This document shows positions 14,301-29,300 of a stretch of DNA of 64,000 nt, piece by piece. The DNA is from Eledone cirrhosa. Lineage: Eukaryota. Position numbers and translations under genes: made by a program. Where the stretch lies: positions 163,866,001 through 163,930,000 of the forward strand of contig OZ024742.1 of the NCBI GenBank assembly GCA_964016885.1, given 5' to 3'. The notes beneath the pieces are model-generated. The model ran no database searches. It saw only the letters and a program-made list of their open reading frames with translations, and was not told the origin of the DNA. Position 1 is the first letter of the stretch. Each line of letters opens with the position of its first letter.

Positions 14301-17300
14301 ATTTTTTACAAATTATCTCCCCCTGATTTTTTTTTACAAATTATCTCCCCCTGATTTTTTTTACAAATTATCTCCCCCTGATTTTTTTACAAATTATCTC
14401 CCCTTGGCTGGCTGGAAATTATCTCCCCTTGGACGGTTAGAAATTACCTCTCCTTGGACGGCTGGAAAATATGTCTCCTTGGACGGCTGGAAATTATCTC
14501 CCCTTGGACGGCTGGAAATTATCTCCCCTGGGACGGCTGGAAATTATCTCTCCTCGGACGGCTAGAAATTACCTCTCCTTGGACGGCTGAAAATTATCTC
14601 CCCTTGGACGGCTGGAAATTATCTCCCCTTGATTTTTTTTACAAATTATCTCCCCCTGATTTTTTTTTACAAATTATCTCCCCCTGATTTTTTTTACAAA
14701 TTATCTCCCCCTGATATTTTTTACAAATTATCTCCCCCTGATTTTTTTACAAATTATCTCCGCTTGGCTGGCTGGAAATTATCTCCCCTTGGAGGCTGGA
14801 ATTTATCTCCCCTTGGACGGCTAGAAATTACCTCGCCTTGGACGGCTGGAAAATATGTCTCCTTGGACGGCTGGAAATTATCTCCCCTTGGACGGCTGGA
14901 AATTATCTCCCCTTGGACGGCTGGAAATTATCTCCCCTTGGACGGCTATATATTACCTCCCCTTGGACGGCTGGAAATTATCTCCCCTTGATTTTTTTTA
15001 CGAATTATCTCCCCCTGATTTTTTTTTACAAATTATCTCCCCCTGATTTTTTTTTACGAATTATCTCCCCCTGATTTTTTTTTACAAATTATCTCCGCCT
15101 GATTTTTTTTTTAAAATTATCTCCCCTTGGACGGCTGGAAATTATCTCCCCTTGGACGGCTGGAAATTATCTCCCCTTGGACGGCTAGAAATTACCTCTC
15201 CTTGGACGGCTGAAAATTATCTCCCCTTGGACGGCTGCAAATTATCTCCCCTTGATATTTTTAACAAATTATCTCCCCCTGATTTTTTTTTACAAATTAT
15301 CTCCCCCTGATTTTTTTTTACAAATTATCTACGCCTAATTTTTTTTACAAATTATCTCCCCTTGATTTTTTTTTACAAATTATCTCCCCCTGATTTTTTT
15401 TTACAAATTATCTCCCCCTGATTTTTTTTTATAAATTATCTCCCCCTGATTTTTTTACAAATTATCTCCCCCCTGATTTTTTTTACAATCTCCGCCTGAT
15501 TTTTAAAAAAATTATCTTCCCTTGGCTGGCGGGAAATTATCTCCCCTTGGACGGCTGGAAATTATATCCACTTGGAAGGATGGAAATTATCTCCCCTTGG
15601 ACGGCTGGAAATAATCTCCCCTTGGACGGCTGGAAATTATCTCCCCTTGGACAGCTGGAAATTATCTGCCCTTGATTTTGTTTTTACAAATTATCTCCCC
15701 CTGATTTTTTTTACAAATTATCTCCACCTGATTTTTTAAAAAATTATCTCCCCTTGGACGGCTGGAAATTATCTCCCCTTGATTTTTTTACAAATTATCT
15801 CCCCCTGATTTTTTTTACAAATTATCTCCCCCTGATTTTTTTTTTACAAATTATCTCCCCCTGATTTATTTTACAAATTATCTCCCCCTGATTTTTTTAC
15901 AAATTATCTTCCCTTGGACGGCAGTAAATTATCTCTCCTTGGCTGGAAATTATCTCCCCTTGGACGGCTAGAAATTATCCCTATTTGGACGGCTGGAAAT
16001 TATCTCCCTTTGATTTTTTTTACAAATTATCTCCCTCTGATTTTTTCACAAATCTACCCCTGATTTTTTTTTACAAATTATCTCCCCCTGATTTTTTTTT
16101 TACAAATTATCTCCGCCTGATTTTTTTTTAAAATTATCTCCCCTTGGACGGCTGGAAATTATCTCCCCTTGGACGGCTGGAAATTATCTCCCCTTGGACG
16201 GCTAGAAATTACCTCTCCTTGGACGACTGAAAATTATCTCCCCTTGGACGGCTGCAAATTATCTCCCCTTGGACGGCTGGAATTTATCTCCCCTTGGACG
16301 GCTGGAAATTATCTCCCCTTGGAGGCTAGAAATTACCTCTCCTTGGACGGCTGAAAATTATCTCCCCTTGGACGGCTGGAAATTATCTCCCCTTGATTTT
16401 TTTACAAATTATCTCCTCCTGATTCTTTTTTACAAATTATCTCCCCCTGATTTTTTTTTACAAATTATCTCCCCCTGATTTTTTTTTACAAATTATCACC
16501 CCCTGATTTTTATTTACAAATTATCTTCCCCTGATTTTTTTTTACAAATTATCTCCCTGAATTTTTACCAATTATCTCCCCATGATTTTTTTACAAATTA
16601 TCTCCCCTGATTTTTTTACAAATTATCTCCGCCTGATTTTTTTAAAAATTATCTTCCCTTGGCTGGCGGGAAATTATCTCCCCTTGGACGGCTGGAAATT
16701 ATCTACCCTTGCACGGCTGGAAATTATCTCCCCTTGGACGGCTAGAAATTACCTCTCCTTGGACGGCTGAAAATTATCTCCCCTTGGACGGCTGGAAATT
16801 ATCTCCCCTTGGCTGGAAATTATCTCCCCTTGGACGGCTAGAAATTATCTCTCTTTGGACGGCTGGAAATTATCTCCCCTTGATTTTTATTACAAATTAT
16901 CTCCCCCTGATTTTTTAAAAAAAAATTATCTCCCCTTCGCTGGCTGGAAATTATCTTCCCTTGGACGGCTGGAAATTATCTCCCCTTGATTTTTTTACAA
17001 ATTATCTCCCCCTGATTTTTTTTACAAATATTCTCCCCCTGATTTTTTTTTACAAATTATCTCCCTCTGATTTTTTTTTACAAATTATCTCCGCCTGATT
17101 TTTTTAAAAAAATTATCTCCCCTTGGACGGCTGGAAATTATCTCCCCTTGGACGGCTGGAAATTATCTCCCCTTGGACGGCTAGAAATTACCTCTCCTTG
17201 GACGGCTGAAAATTATCTCCCCTTGGACGGCTGCAAATTATCTCCCCTTGATTTTTTTTACAAATTATCTCCCCCTGATTTTTTTTTACAAATTATCTCC

Positions 17301-20300
17301 CCCTGATTTTTTTTTACAAATTATCTACCCCTGATTTTTTTTACAAATTATCTCCCCCTGATTTTTTTTTACAAATTATCTCCCCCTGATTTTTTTTACA
17401 AATTATCTCCCCCTGATTTTTTTTCTACAAATTATCTCCCCCTGATTTTTTTTTACAAATTATCTCCCCCTGATTTTTTTACAAATTATCTCCCCCTGAT
17501 TTTTTTTACAATCTCCGCCTGATTTTTTTAAAAATTATCTTCCCTTGGCTGGCGGGAAATTATCTCCCCTTGGACGGCTGGAAATTATATCCCCTTGGAA
17601 GGATGGAAATTATCTCCCCTTGGACGGCTGGAAATTATCTCCCCTTGGACGGCTGGAAATTATCTCACCTTGGACAGCTGGAAATTATCTGCCCTTGATT
17701 TTGTTTTTACAAATTATCTCCACCTGATTTTTTAAAAAATTATCTCCCCTTGGACGGCTGGAAATTATCTCCCCTTGATTTTTTTACAAATTATCTCCCC
17801 CTGATTTTTTTTACAAATTATCTCCCCCTGATTTTTTGTTACAAATTATCTCCCCCTGATTTTTTTACAAATTATCTCCCCCTGATTTTTTTTACAAATT
17901 ATCTCCGCCTGATTTTTTTAAATATTATCTTCCCTTGGCTGGCGGGAAATTATCTCCCCTTGGACGGCTGAAAATTATCTCCCCTTGGACGGCTGGAAAT
18001 TATCTCCCCTTGATTTTTTTTACAAATTATCTCCCCCTGATTTTTTTTTACAAATTATCTCCCCCTGATTTTTTTTACAAATTATCTCCCCCTGATTTTT
18101 TTTTACAAATTATCTCCCCCTGATTTTTTTACAAATTATCTCCCCTTGGCTGGCTGGAAATTATCTCCCCTTGGAGGCTGGAATTTATCTCCCCTTGGAC
18201 GGCTAGAAATTACCTCTCCTTGGACGGCTGGAAAATATGTCTCCTTGGACGGCTGGATATTATCTACCCTTGGACGGCTGGAAATTATCTCCCCTTGGAC
18301 GGCTGGAAATTATCTCCCCTTGGACGGCTAGATATTACCTCCCCTTGGACGGCTGGAAATTATCTCCCCTTGATTTTTTTTACAAATTATCTCCCCCTGA
18401 TTTTTTTTTACAAATTATCTCCCCCTGATTTTTTTATACAAATTATCTCCGCCTGATTTTTTTAAAAAATTATCTCTCCTTGGACGGCTGGAAATTATCT
18501 CCCCTTGATTTTTTTTACAAATTATCTCCCCCTGATTTTTTTTTACAAATTATCTCCTCCTGATTTTTTTTTACAAATTATCTACCCCTGATTTTTTTTT
18601 ACAAATTATCTCCCCCTGATTTTTTTTACAAATTATCTCCCCCTGATTTTTTTTACAAATTATCTCCGCCTAATTTTTTTAAATATTATCTTTCCTTGGC
18701 TGGCGGGAAATTATCTCCCCTTGGACGGCTGAAAATTATCTCCCCTTGGACGGCTGGAAATTATCTCCCCTTGATTTTTTTACAAATTATCTCCCCCTGA
18801 TTATTTTTTACAAATTATCTCCCCCTGATTTTTTTTTACAAATTATCTCCCCCTGATTTTTTTTACAAATTATCTCCCCCTGATTTTTTTACAAATTATC
18901 TCCCCTTGGCTGGCTGGAAATTATCTCCCCTTGGAGGCTGGAATTTATCTCCCCTTGGACGGTTAGAAATTACCTCTCCTTGGACGGCTGGAAAATATGT
19001 CTCCTTGGACGGCTGGAAATTATCTCCCCTTGGACGGCTGGAAATTATCTCCCCTGGGACGGCTGGAAATTATCTCTCCTCGGACGGCTAGAAATTACCT
19101 CTCCTTGGACGGCTGAAAATTATCTCCCCTTGGACGGCTGGAAATTATCTCCCCTTGATTTTTTTTACAAATTATCTCCCCCTGATTTTTTTTTACAAAT
19201 TATCTCCCCCTGATTTTTTTTACAAATTATCTCCCCCTGATATTTTTTACAAATTATCTCCCCCTGATTTTTTTACAAATTATCTCCGCTTGGCTGGCTG
19301 GAAATTATCTCCCCTTGGAGGCTGGAATTTATCTCCCCTTGGACGGCTAGAAATTACCTCGCCTTGGACGGCTGGAAAATATGTCTCCTTGGACGGCTGG
19401 AAATTATCTCCCCTTGGACGGCTGGAAATTATCTCCCCTTGGACGGCTGGAAATTATCTCCCCTTGGACGGCTAGATATTACCTCCCCTTGGACGGCTGG
19501 AAATTATCTCCCCTTGATTTTTTTTACGAATTATCTCCCCCTGATTTTTTTTTACAAATTATCTCCCCCTGATTTTTTTTTACGAATTATCTCCCCCTGA
19601 TTTTTTTTTACAAATTATCTCCGCCTGATTTTTTTTTTTAAATTATCTCCCCTTGGACGGCTGGAAATTATCTCCCCTTGGACGGCTGGAAATTATCTCC
19701 CCTTGGACGGCTAGAAATTACCTCTCCTTGGACGGCTGAAAATTATCTCCCCTTGGACGGCTGCAAATTATCTCCCCTTGATATTTTTAACAAATTATCT
19801 CCCCCTGATTTTTTTTTACAAATTATCTCCCCCTGATTTTTTTTTACAAATTATCTACGCCTAATTTTTTTTACAAATTATCTCCCCTTGATTTTTTTTT
19901 ACAAATTATCTCCCCCTGATTTTTTTTTACAAATTATCTCCCCCTGATTTTTTTTTATAAATTATCTCCCCCTGATTTTTTTACAAATTATCTCCCCCCT
20001 GATTTTTTTTACAATCTCCGCCTGATTTTTAAAAAAATTATCTTCCCTTGGTTGGCGGGAAATTATCTCCCCTTGGACGGCTGGAAATTATATCCCCTTG
20101 GAAGGATGGAAATTATCTCCCCTTGGACGGCTGGAAATTATCTCCCCTTGGACGGCTGGAAATTATCTCCCCTTGGACAGCTGGAAATTATCTGCCCTTG
20201 ATTTTGTTTTTACAAATTATCTCCCCCTGATTTTTTTTACAAATTATCTCCACCTGATTTTTTAAAAAATTATCTCCCCTTGGACGGCTGGAAATTATCT

Positions 20301-23300
20301 CCCCTTGATTTTTTTACAAATTATCTCCCCCTGATTTTTTTTACAAATTATCTCCCCCTGATTTTTTTTTTACAAATTATCTCCCCCTGATTTATTTTAC
20401 AAATTATCTCCCCCTGATTTTTTTACAAATTATCTTCCCTTGGACGGCAGTAAATTATCTCTCCTTGGCTGGAAATTATCTCCCCTTGGACGGCTAGAAA
20501 TTATCTCTATTTGGACGGCTGGAAATTATCTCCCCTGGGACGGCTGGAAATTATCTCTCCTCGGACGGCTAGAAATTACCTCTCCTTGGACGGCTGAAAA
20601 TTATCTCCCCTTGGACGGCTGGAAATTATCTCCCCTTGATTTTTTTTACAAATTATCTCCCCCTGATTTTTTTTTACAAATTATCTCCCCCTGATTTTTT
20701 TTACAAATTATCTCCCCCTGATATTTTTTACAAATTATCTCCCCCTGATTTTTTTACAAATTATCTCCGCTTGGCTGGCTGGAAATTATCTCCCCTTGGA
20801 GGCTGGAATTTATCTCCCCTTGGACGGCTAGAAATTACCTCGCCTTGGACGGCTGGAAAATATGTCTCCTTGGACGGCTGGAAATTATCTCCCCTTGGAC
20901 GGCTGGAAATTATCTCCCCTTGGACGGCTGGAAATTATCTCCCCTTGGACGGCTAGATATTACCTCCCCTTGGACGGCTGGAAATTATCTCCCCTTGATT
21001 TTTTTTACGAATTATCTCCCCCTGATTTTTTTTTACAAATTATCTCCCCCTGATTTTTTTTTACGAATTATCTCCCCCTGATTTTTTTTTACAAATTATC
21101 TCCGCCTGATTTTTTTTTTAAATTATCTCCCCTTGGACGGCTGGAAATTATCTCCCCTTGGACGGCTGGAAATTATCTCCCCTTGGACGGCTAGAAATTA
21201 CCTCTCCTTGGACGGCTGAAAATTATCTCCCCTTGGACGGCTGCAAATTATCTCCCCTTGATATTTTTAACAAATTATCTCCCCCTGATTTTTTTTTACA
21301 AATTATCTCCCCCTGATTTTTTTTTACAAATTATCTACGCCTAATTTTTTTTACAAATTATCTCCCCTTGATTTTTTTTTACAAATTATCTCCCCCTGAT
21401 TTTTTTTTACAAATTATCTCCCCCTGATTTTTTTTTATAAATTATCTCCCCCTGATTTTTTTACAAATTATCTCCCCCCTGATTTTTTTTACAATCTCCG
21501 CCTGATTTTTAAAAAAATTATCTTCCCTTGGCTGGCGGGAAATTATCTCCCCTTGGACGGCTGGAAATTATATCCCCTTGGAAGGATGGAAATTATCTCC
21601 CCTTGGACGGCTGGAAATTATCTCCCCTTGGACGGCTGGAAATTATCTCCCCTTGGACAGCTGGAAATTATCTGCCCTTGATTTTGTTTTTACAAATTAT
21701 CTCCCCCTGATTTTTTTTACAAATTATCTCCACCTGATTTTTTAAAAAATTATCTCCCCTTGGACGGCTGGAAATTATCTCCCCTTGATTTTTTTACAAA
21801 TTATCTCCCCCTGATTTTTTTTACAAATTATCTCCCCCTGATTTTTTTTTTACAAATTATCTCCCCCTGATTTATTTTACAAATTATCTCCCCCTGATTT
21901 TTTTACAAATTATCTTCCCTTGGACGGCAGTAAATTATCTCTCCTTGGCTGGAAATTATCTCCCCTTGGACGGCTAGAAATTATCTCTATTTGGACGGCT
22001 GGAAATTATCTCCCTTTGATTTTTTTACAAATTATCTCCCTCTGATTTTTTTACAAATCTCCCCCTGATTTTTTTTTACAAATTATCTCCCCCTGATTTT
22101 TTTTTTACAAATTATCTCCGCCTGATTTTTTTTTAAAATTATCTCCCCTTGGACGGCTGGAAATTATCTCCCCTTGGACGGCTGGAAATTATCTCCCCTT
22201 GGACGGCTAGAAATTACCTCTCCTTGGACGACTGAAAATTATCTCCCCTTGGACGGCTGCAAATTATCTCCCCTTGGACGGCTGGAATTTATCTCCCCTT
22301 GGACGGCTGGAAATTATCTCCCCTTGGAGGCTAGAAATTACCTCTCCTTGGACGGCTGAAAATTATCTCCCCTTGGACGGCTGGAAATTATCTCCCCTTG
22401 ATTTTTTTACAAATTATCTCCCCCTGATTCTTTTTTACAAATTATCTCCCCCTGATTTTTTTTTACAAATTATCTCCCCCTGATTTTTTTTTACAAATTA
22501 TCACCCCCTGATTTTTATTTACAAATTATCTTCCCCTGATTTTTTTTTACAAATTATCTCCCTGAATTTTTACCAATTATCTCCCCATGATTTTTTTACA
22601 AATTATCTCCCCTGATTTTTTTACAAATTATCTCCGTCTGATTTTTTTAAAAATTATCTTCCCTTGGCTGGCGGGAAATTATCTCCCCTTGGACGGCTGG
22701 AAATTATCTACCCTTGCACGGCTGGAAATTATCTCCCCTTGGACGGCTAGAAATTACCTCTCCTTGGACGGCTGAAAATTATTTCCCCTTGGACGGCTGG
22801 AAATTATCTCCCCTTGGCTGGAAATTATCTCCCCTTGGACGGCTAGAAATTATCTCTCTTTGGACGGCTGGAAATTATCTCCCCTTGATTTTTATTACAA
22901 ATTATCTCCCCCTGATTTAAAAAAAAAAAATTATCTCCCCTTCGCTGGCTGGAAATTATCTTCCCTTGGACGGCTGGAAATTATCTCCCCTTGATTTTTT
23001 TACAAATTATCTCCCCCTGATTTTTTTTACAAATATTCTCCCCCTGATTTTTTTTTACAAATTATCTCCCTCTGATTTTTTTTTACAAATTATCTCCGCC
23101 TGATTTTTTTAAAAAAATTATCTCCCCTTGGACGGCTGGAAATTATCTCCCCTTGGACGGCTGGAAATTATCTCCCCTTGGACGGCTAGAAATTACCTCT
23201 CCTTGGACGGCTGAAAATTATCTCCCCTTGGACGGCTGCAAATTATCTCCCCTTGATTTTTTTTACAAATTATCTCCCCCTGATTTTTTTTTACAAATTA

Positions 23301-24480
23301 TCTCCCCCTGATTTTTTTTTACAAATTATCTACCCCTGATTTATTTTACAAATTATCTCCCCCTGATTTTTTTTTACAAATTATCTCCCCCTGATTTTTT
23401 TTTACAAATTATCTCCCCCTGATTTTTTTTCTACAAAGTATCTCCCCCTGATTTTTTTTTACAAATTATCTCCCCCTGATTTTTTTACAAATTATCTCCC
23501 CCTGATTTTTTTTACAATCTCCGCCTGATTTTTTTAAAAATTATCTTCCCTTGGCTGGCGGGAAATTATCTCCCCTTGGACGGCTGGAAATTATATCCCC
23601 TTGGAAGGATGGAAATTATCTCCCCTTGGACGGCTGGAAATTATCTCCCCTTGGACGGCTGGAAATTATCTCACCTTGGACAGCTGGAAATTATCTGCCC
23701 TTGATTTTGTTTTTACAAATTATCTCCACCTGATTTTTTAAAAAATTATCTCCCCTTGGACGGCTGGAAATTATCTCCCCTTGATTTTTTTACAAATTAT
23801 CTCCCCCTGATTTTTTTTACAAATTATCTCCCCCTGATTTTTTGTTACAAATTATCTCCCCCTGATTTTTTTACAAATTATCTCCCCCTGATTTTTTGTT
23901 ACAAATTATCTCCCCCTGATTTTTTTACAAATTATCTCCCCCTGATTTTTTTTACAAATTATCTCCGCCTGATTTTTTTAAATATTATCTTCCCTTGGCT
24001 GGCGGGAAATTATCTCCCCTTGGACGGCTGAAAATTATCTCCCCTTGGACGGCTGGAAATTATCTCCCCTTGATTTTTTTTACAAATTATCTCCCCCTGA
24101 TTTTTTTTTACAAATTATCTCCCCCTGATTTTTTTTACAAATTATCTCCCCCTGATTTTTTTTTACAAATTATCTCCCCCTGATTTTTTTACAAATTATC
24201 TCCCCTTGGCTGGCTGGAAATTATCTCCCCTTGGAGGCTGGAATTTATCTCCCCTTGGACGGCTAGAAATTACCTCTCCTTGGACGGCTGGAAAATATGT
24301 CTCCTTGGACGGCTGGATATTATCTACCCTTGGACGGCTGGAAATTATCTCCCCTTGGACGGCTGGAAATTATCTCCCCTTGGACGGCTAGATATTACCT
24401 CCCCTTGGACGGCTGGAAATTATCTCCCCTTGATTTTTTTTACAAATTATCTCCCCCTGATTTTTTTTTACGAATTATCT
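14000..24480. repeat. Higher-order repeat: ~4.53 kb unit, expanded to ~6.0 kb by an internal duplication
   Basis: ORF offsets 14454/18980 and 14838/19364 (4526); 16169/22174, 16709/22714 (6005), 17545/23551 (6006), 18146/24206 (6060). 4526+1481=6007. Confidence 0.82.
19030..22010. repeat. 1481-bp direct tandem duplication
   Basis: Rare variant CCCCTGGGAC at 19051 and 20532; ORFs 19155/20636, 19364/20845 (1481), 20048/21528 (1480). Confidence 0.88.
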
Positions 24481-26369
24481 CCCCCTGATTTTTTTTTACA
24501 AATTATCTCCGCCTGATTTTTTTTTAAAAATTATCTCCCCTTGAACGGCTGGAAATTATCTCCCCTTGGACGGCTGGAAATTATCTCCCCTTGGACGGCT
24601 AGAAATTACCTCTCCTTGGACGGCTGAAAATTATCTCCCCTTGGACGGCTGCAAATTATCTCCCCTTGATTTTTTTAACAAATTATCTCCCCCTGATTTT
24701 TTTTTACAAATTATCTCCCCCTGATTTTTTTTTACAAATTATCTACGCCTAATTTTTTTTACAAATTATCTCCCCCTGATTTTTTTTTACAAATTATCTC
24801 CCCCTGATTTTTTTTACAAATTATCTCCCCCTGATTTTTTTTTACAAATTATCTCCCCCTGATTTTTTTACAAATTATCTCCCCCCTGATTTTTTTTACA
24901 ATCTCCGCCTGATTTTTTTTAAAATTATCTTCCCTTGGCTGGCGGGAAATTATCTCCCCTTGGACGGCTGGAAATTATATCCCCTTGGAAGGATGGAAAT
25001 TATCTCCCCTTGGACGGCTGGAAATTATCTCCCCTTGGACGGCTGGAAATTATCTCCCCTTGGACAGCTGGAAATTATCTGCCCTTGATTTTGTTTTTAC
25101 AAATTATCTCCCCCTGATTTTTTTTACAAATTATCTCCACCTGATTTTTTAAAAAATTATCTCCCCTTGGACGGCTGGAAATTATCTCCCCTTGATTTTT
25201 TTACAAATTATCTCCCCCTGATTTTTTTTACAAATCTCCCCCTGATTTTTTTTTTACAAATTATCTCCCCCTGATTTTTTTACAAATTATCTCCCCCTGA
25301 TTTTTTTTACAAATTATCTCCGCCTGATTTTTTTAAATATTATCTTCCCTTGGCTGGCGGGAAATTATCTCCCCTTGGACGGCTGAAAATTATCTCCCCT
25401 TGGACGGCTGGAAATTATCTCCCCTTGATTTTTTTTACAAATTATCTCCCCCTGATTTTTTTTTACAAATTATCTCCCCCTGATTTTTTTTTACAAATTA
25501 TCTCCCCCTGATTTTTTTTTACAAATTATCTGCCCCTGATTTTTTTTACAAATTATCTCCCCCTGATTTTTTTACAAATTATCTCCCCTTGGCTGGCTGG
25601 AAATTATCTCCCCTTGGAGGCTGGAATTTATCTCCCCTTGGACGGCTAGAAATTACCTCTCCTTGGAAGGCTGGAAAATATTTCTCCTTGGACGGCTGGA
25701 TATTATCTACCCTTGGACGGGTGGAAATTATCTCCCCTTGGACGGCTGGAAATTATCTCCCCTTGGACAGCTAGATATTACCTCCCCTTGGACGGCTGGA
25801 AATTATCTCCCCTTGATTTTTTTTACAAATTATCTCCCCCTGATTTTTTTTACAAATTATCTCCACCTGATTTTTTTACAAATTATCTCCCCCTGATTTT
25901 TTTTACAAATTATCTCCTCCTGATTTTTTTTTTACAAATTATCTCCCCCTGATTTTTTTACATATTATCTCCCCCTGATTTTTTTTACAAATTATCTCCG
26001 CCTGATTTTTTTAAATATTATCTTCCCTTGGCTGGCGGGAAATTATCTCCCCTTGGACGGCTGAAAATTATCTCCCCTTGGACGGCTGGAAATTATCTCC
26101 CCTTGATTTTTTTTACAAATTATCTCCCCCTGATTATTTTTTACAAATTATCTTTCCCTGATTTTTTTTTACAAATTATCTCCTCCTGATTTTTTTTACA
26201 AATTATCTCCCCCTGATTTTTTTACAAATTATCTCCCCTTGGCTGGCTGGAAATTATCTCCCCTTGGAGGCTGGAATTTATCTCCCCTTGGACGGCTGGA
26301 AATTATCTCTCCTTGGACGGCTAGTAATTACCTCTCCTTGGACGGCTGGAAAATATGTCTCGTTGGAGG

Positions 26370-29300
26370 GCTGGAAATTATCTCCCCTTGGACGGCTGGA
26401 AATTATCTCCCCTTGGACGGCTGGAAATTATCTCTCCTTGGACGGCTAGAAATTACCTCTCCTTGGACGGCTGAAAATTATCTCTCCTTGGACGGCTGGA
26501 AATTATCTCCCCTTGGACGCCTAGATATTACCTCCCCTTGGACGGCTGGAAATTATCTCCCCTTGATTTTTTTTACAAATTATCTCCCCCTGATTTTTTT
26601 TACAAATTATCTCCACCTGATTTTTTTACAAATTATCTCCCCCTGATTTTTTTTACAAATTATCTCCGCCTAATTTTTTTAAATATTATCTTCCCTTGGC
26701 TGGCGGGAAATTATCTCCCCTTGGACGGCTGAAAATTATCTCCCCTTGGACGGCTGGAAATTATCTCCCCTTGATTTTTTTTACAAATTATCTCCCCCTG
26801 ATTTTTTTTTACAAATTATCTCCCCCTGATTTTTTTTTACAAATTATCTCCCCCTGATTTTTTTTTACAAATTATCTCCCCCTGATTTTTTTTACAAATT
26901 ATCTCCCCTTGGCTGGCTGGAAATTATCTCCCCTTGGAGGCTGGAATTTATCTCCCCTTGGACGGCTAGAAATTACCTCTCCTTGGACGGCTGGAAAATA
27001 TGTCCTTGGACGGCTGGATATTATCTACCCTTGGACGGCTGGAAATTATCTCCCCTTGGACGGCTGGAAATTATCTCCCCTTGGACGGCTAGATATTACC
27101 TCCCCTTGGACGGCTGGAAATTATCTCCCCTTGATTTTTTTTACAAATTATCTCCCCCTGATTTTTTTTACAAATCTAATGATTTTTCAAAAAAAATTAT
27201 CTCCCCTTCGCTGGCTGGAAATTATCTCCCCTTGGACGCTGGAAATTATAGCCCCTTGGAGGGCTGGAAATTATCTTCCCTTGGACGTCTGGAAATTATC
27301 TCCCCTTGGCTCGAAATTATCTCCCCTTGGACGGCTAGAAATTATCTCTCTTCGGACGGCTGGAAATTATCTCCCTTTGATTTTTTTTACAAATTATCTC
27401 CCCCTGATTTTTTTTACAAATCTCCCCCTGATTTTTAAAAAAAAATTATCTCCCCTTGGACACTGGAAATTATAGCCCCTTGGAGGGCTGGAAATTATCT
27501 TCCCTTGGACGGCTGGAAATTATCTCTGCTTGATTTTTTTTACAAATTATCTCCCCCTGATTTTTTTTTACAAATTATCCCCGCCGATTTTTTTTACAAA
27601 TTATCTCCCCCTGATTTTTTTTACAAATTATCTCCCCTTGGACGGCTGGAAATTATCTCCCCTTGGACGGCTGGAAATTATCTCCCCTTGGACAGCTAGA
27701 AATTACCTCTCCTTGGACGACTGAAAATTATCTCCCCTTGGACGGCTGCAAATTATCTCCCCTTGATTTTTTTTACAAATTATCTCCGCCTGATTTTTTT
27801 TTTAAAATTATCTCCCCTTGGACGGCTGGAAATTACCTCCCCTTGGACGGCTGGAAATTATCTCCCCTTGGACGGCTAGAAATTACCTCTCATTGGACGG
27901 CTGAAAATTATCTCCCCTTGGACGGCTGGAAATTATCTCCCCTTGATTTTTTTTACAAATTATCTCCCCCTGATTTTTTTTTACAAATTATCTCCCCCTG
28001 ATTTTTTTTTTACAAATTATCTCCGCCTGATTTTTTTTTAAAATTATCTCTCCTTGGACGGCTGGATATTATCTCCCCTTTCATTTTTTTTACAAATTAT
28101 CTCCCCCTGATTTTTTTTTACAAATTATCTCCCCCTGATTTTTTTTTACAAATTATCTACCCCTAATTTTTTTTTACAAATTATCTCCCCCTGATTTTTT
28201 TTTACAAATTATCTCCCCCTGATTTTTTTACAAATTATCTCCCCCTGATTTTTTTAAATATTATCTTCTCTTGGCTGGCGGGAAATTATCTCCCCTTGGA
28301 CGGCTGAAAATTATCTCCCCTTGGACGGCTGGAAATTATCTCCTCTTGATTTTTTTTACAGATTATCTCCCCCTGATTTTTTTTTACAAATTATCTCCCC
28401 CTGATTTTTTTTTACAAATTATCTCCCCCTGATTTTTTTTACAAATTATCTCCCCCTGATTTTTTTACAAATTATCTCCCCTTGGCTGGCTGGAAATTAT
28501 CTCCCCTTGGAGGCTGGAATTTATCTCCCCTTGGACGGCTAGAAATTACCTCTCCTTGGACGGCTGGAAAATATGTCCTTGGACGGCTGGATATTATCTA
28601 CCCTTGGACGGCTGGAAAGTATCTCCCCTTGGACGGCTGGAAATTATCTCCCCTTGGACGGCTAGATATTACCTCCCCTTGGACGGCTGGAAATTATCTC
28701 CCCTTGATTTTTTTTACAAATTATCTAGCCCTGATTTTTTTTTACAAATTATCTCCCCCTGATTTTTTTTACAAATTATCTCCCCCTGATTTTTTTTACA
28801 AATTATCTCCCCCTGATTTTTTTACAAATTATCTCCCCCTGATTTTTTTTACAAATTATCTCCGCCTAATTTTTTTAAATATTATCTTCCCTTGGCTGGC
28901 GGGAAATTATCTCCCCTTGGACGGCTGAAAATTATCTCCCCTTGGACGGATGGAAATTATCTCCCCTTGATTTTTTTTACAAATTATCTCCCCCTGATTA
29001 TTTTTTACAAATTATCTCCCCCTGATTTTTTTTTACAAATTATCTCCCTCTGATTTTTTTTACAAATTATCTCCCCTTGGCTGGCTGGAAATTATCTCCC
29101 CTTGGAGGCTGGAATTTATCTCCCCTTGGACGGTTAGAAATTACCTTTCCTTGGACTGCTGGAAAATATGTCTCCTTGGACGGCTGGAAATTATCTCCCC
29201 TTGGACGGCTGGAAATTATCTCCCCTTGGACGGCTGGAAATTATCTCTCCTCGGACGACTAGAAATTACCTCTCCTTGGACAGCTGAAAATTATCTCCCC

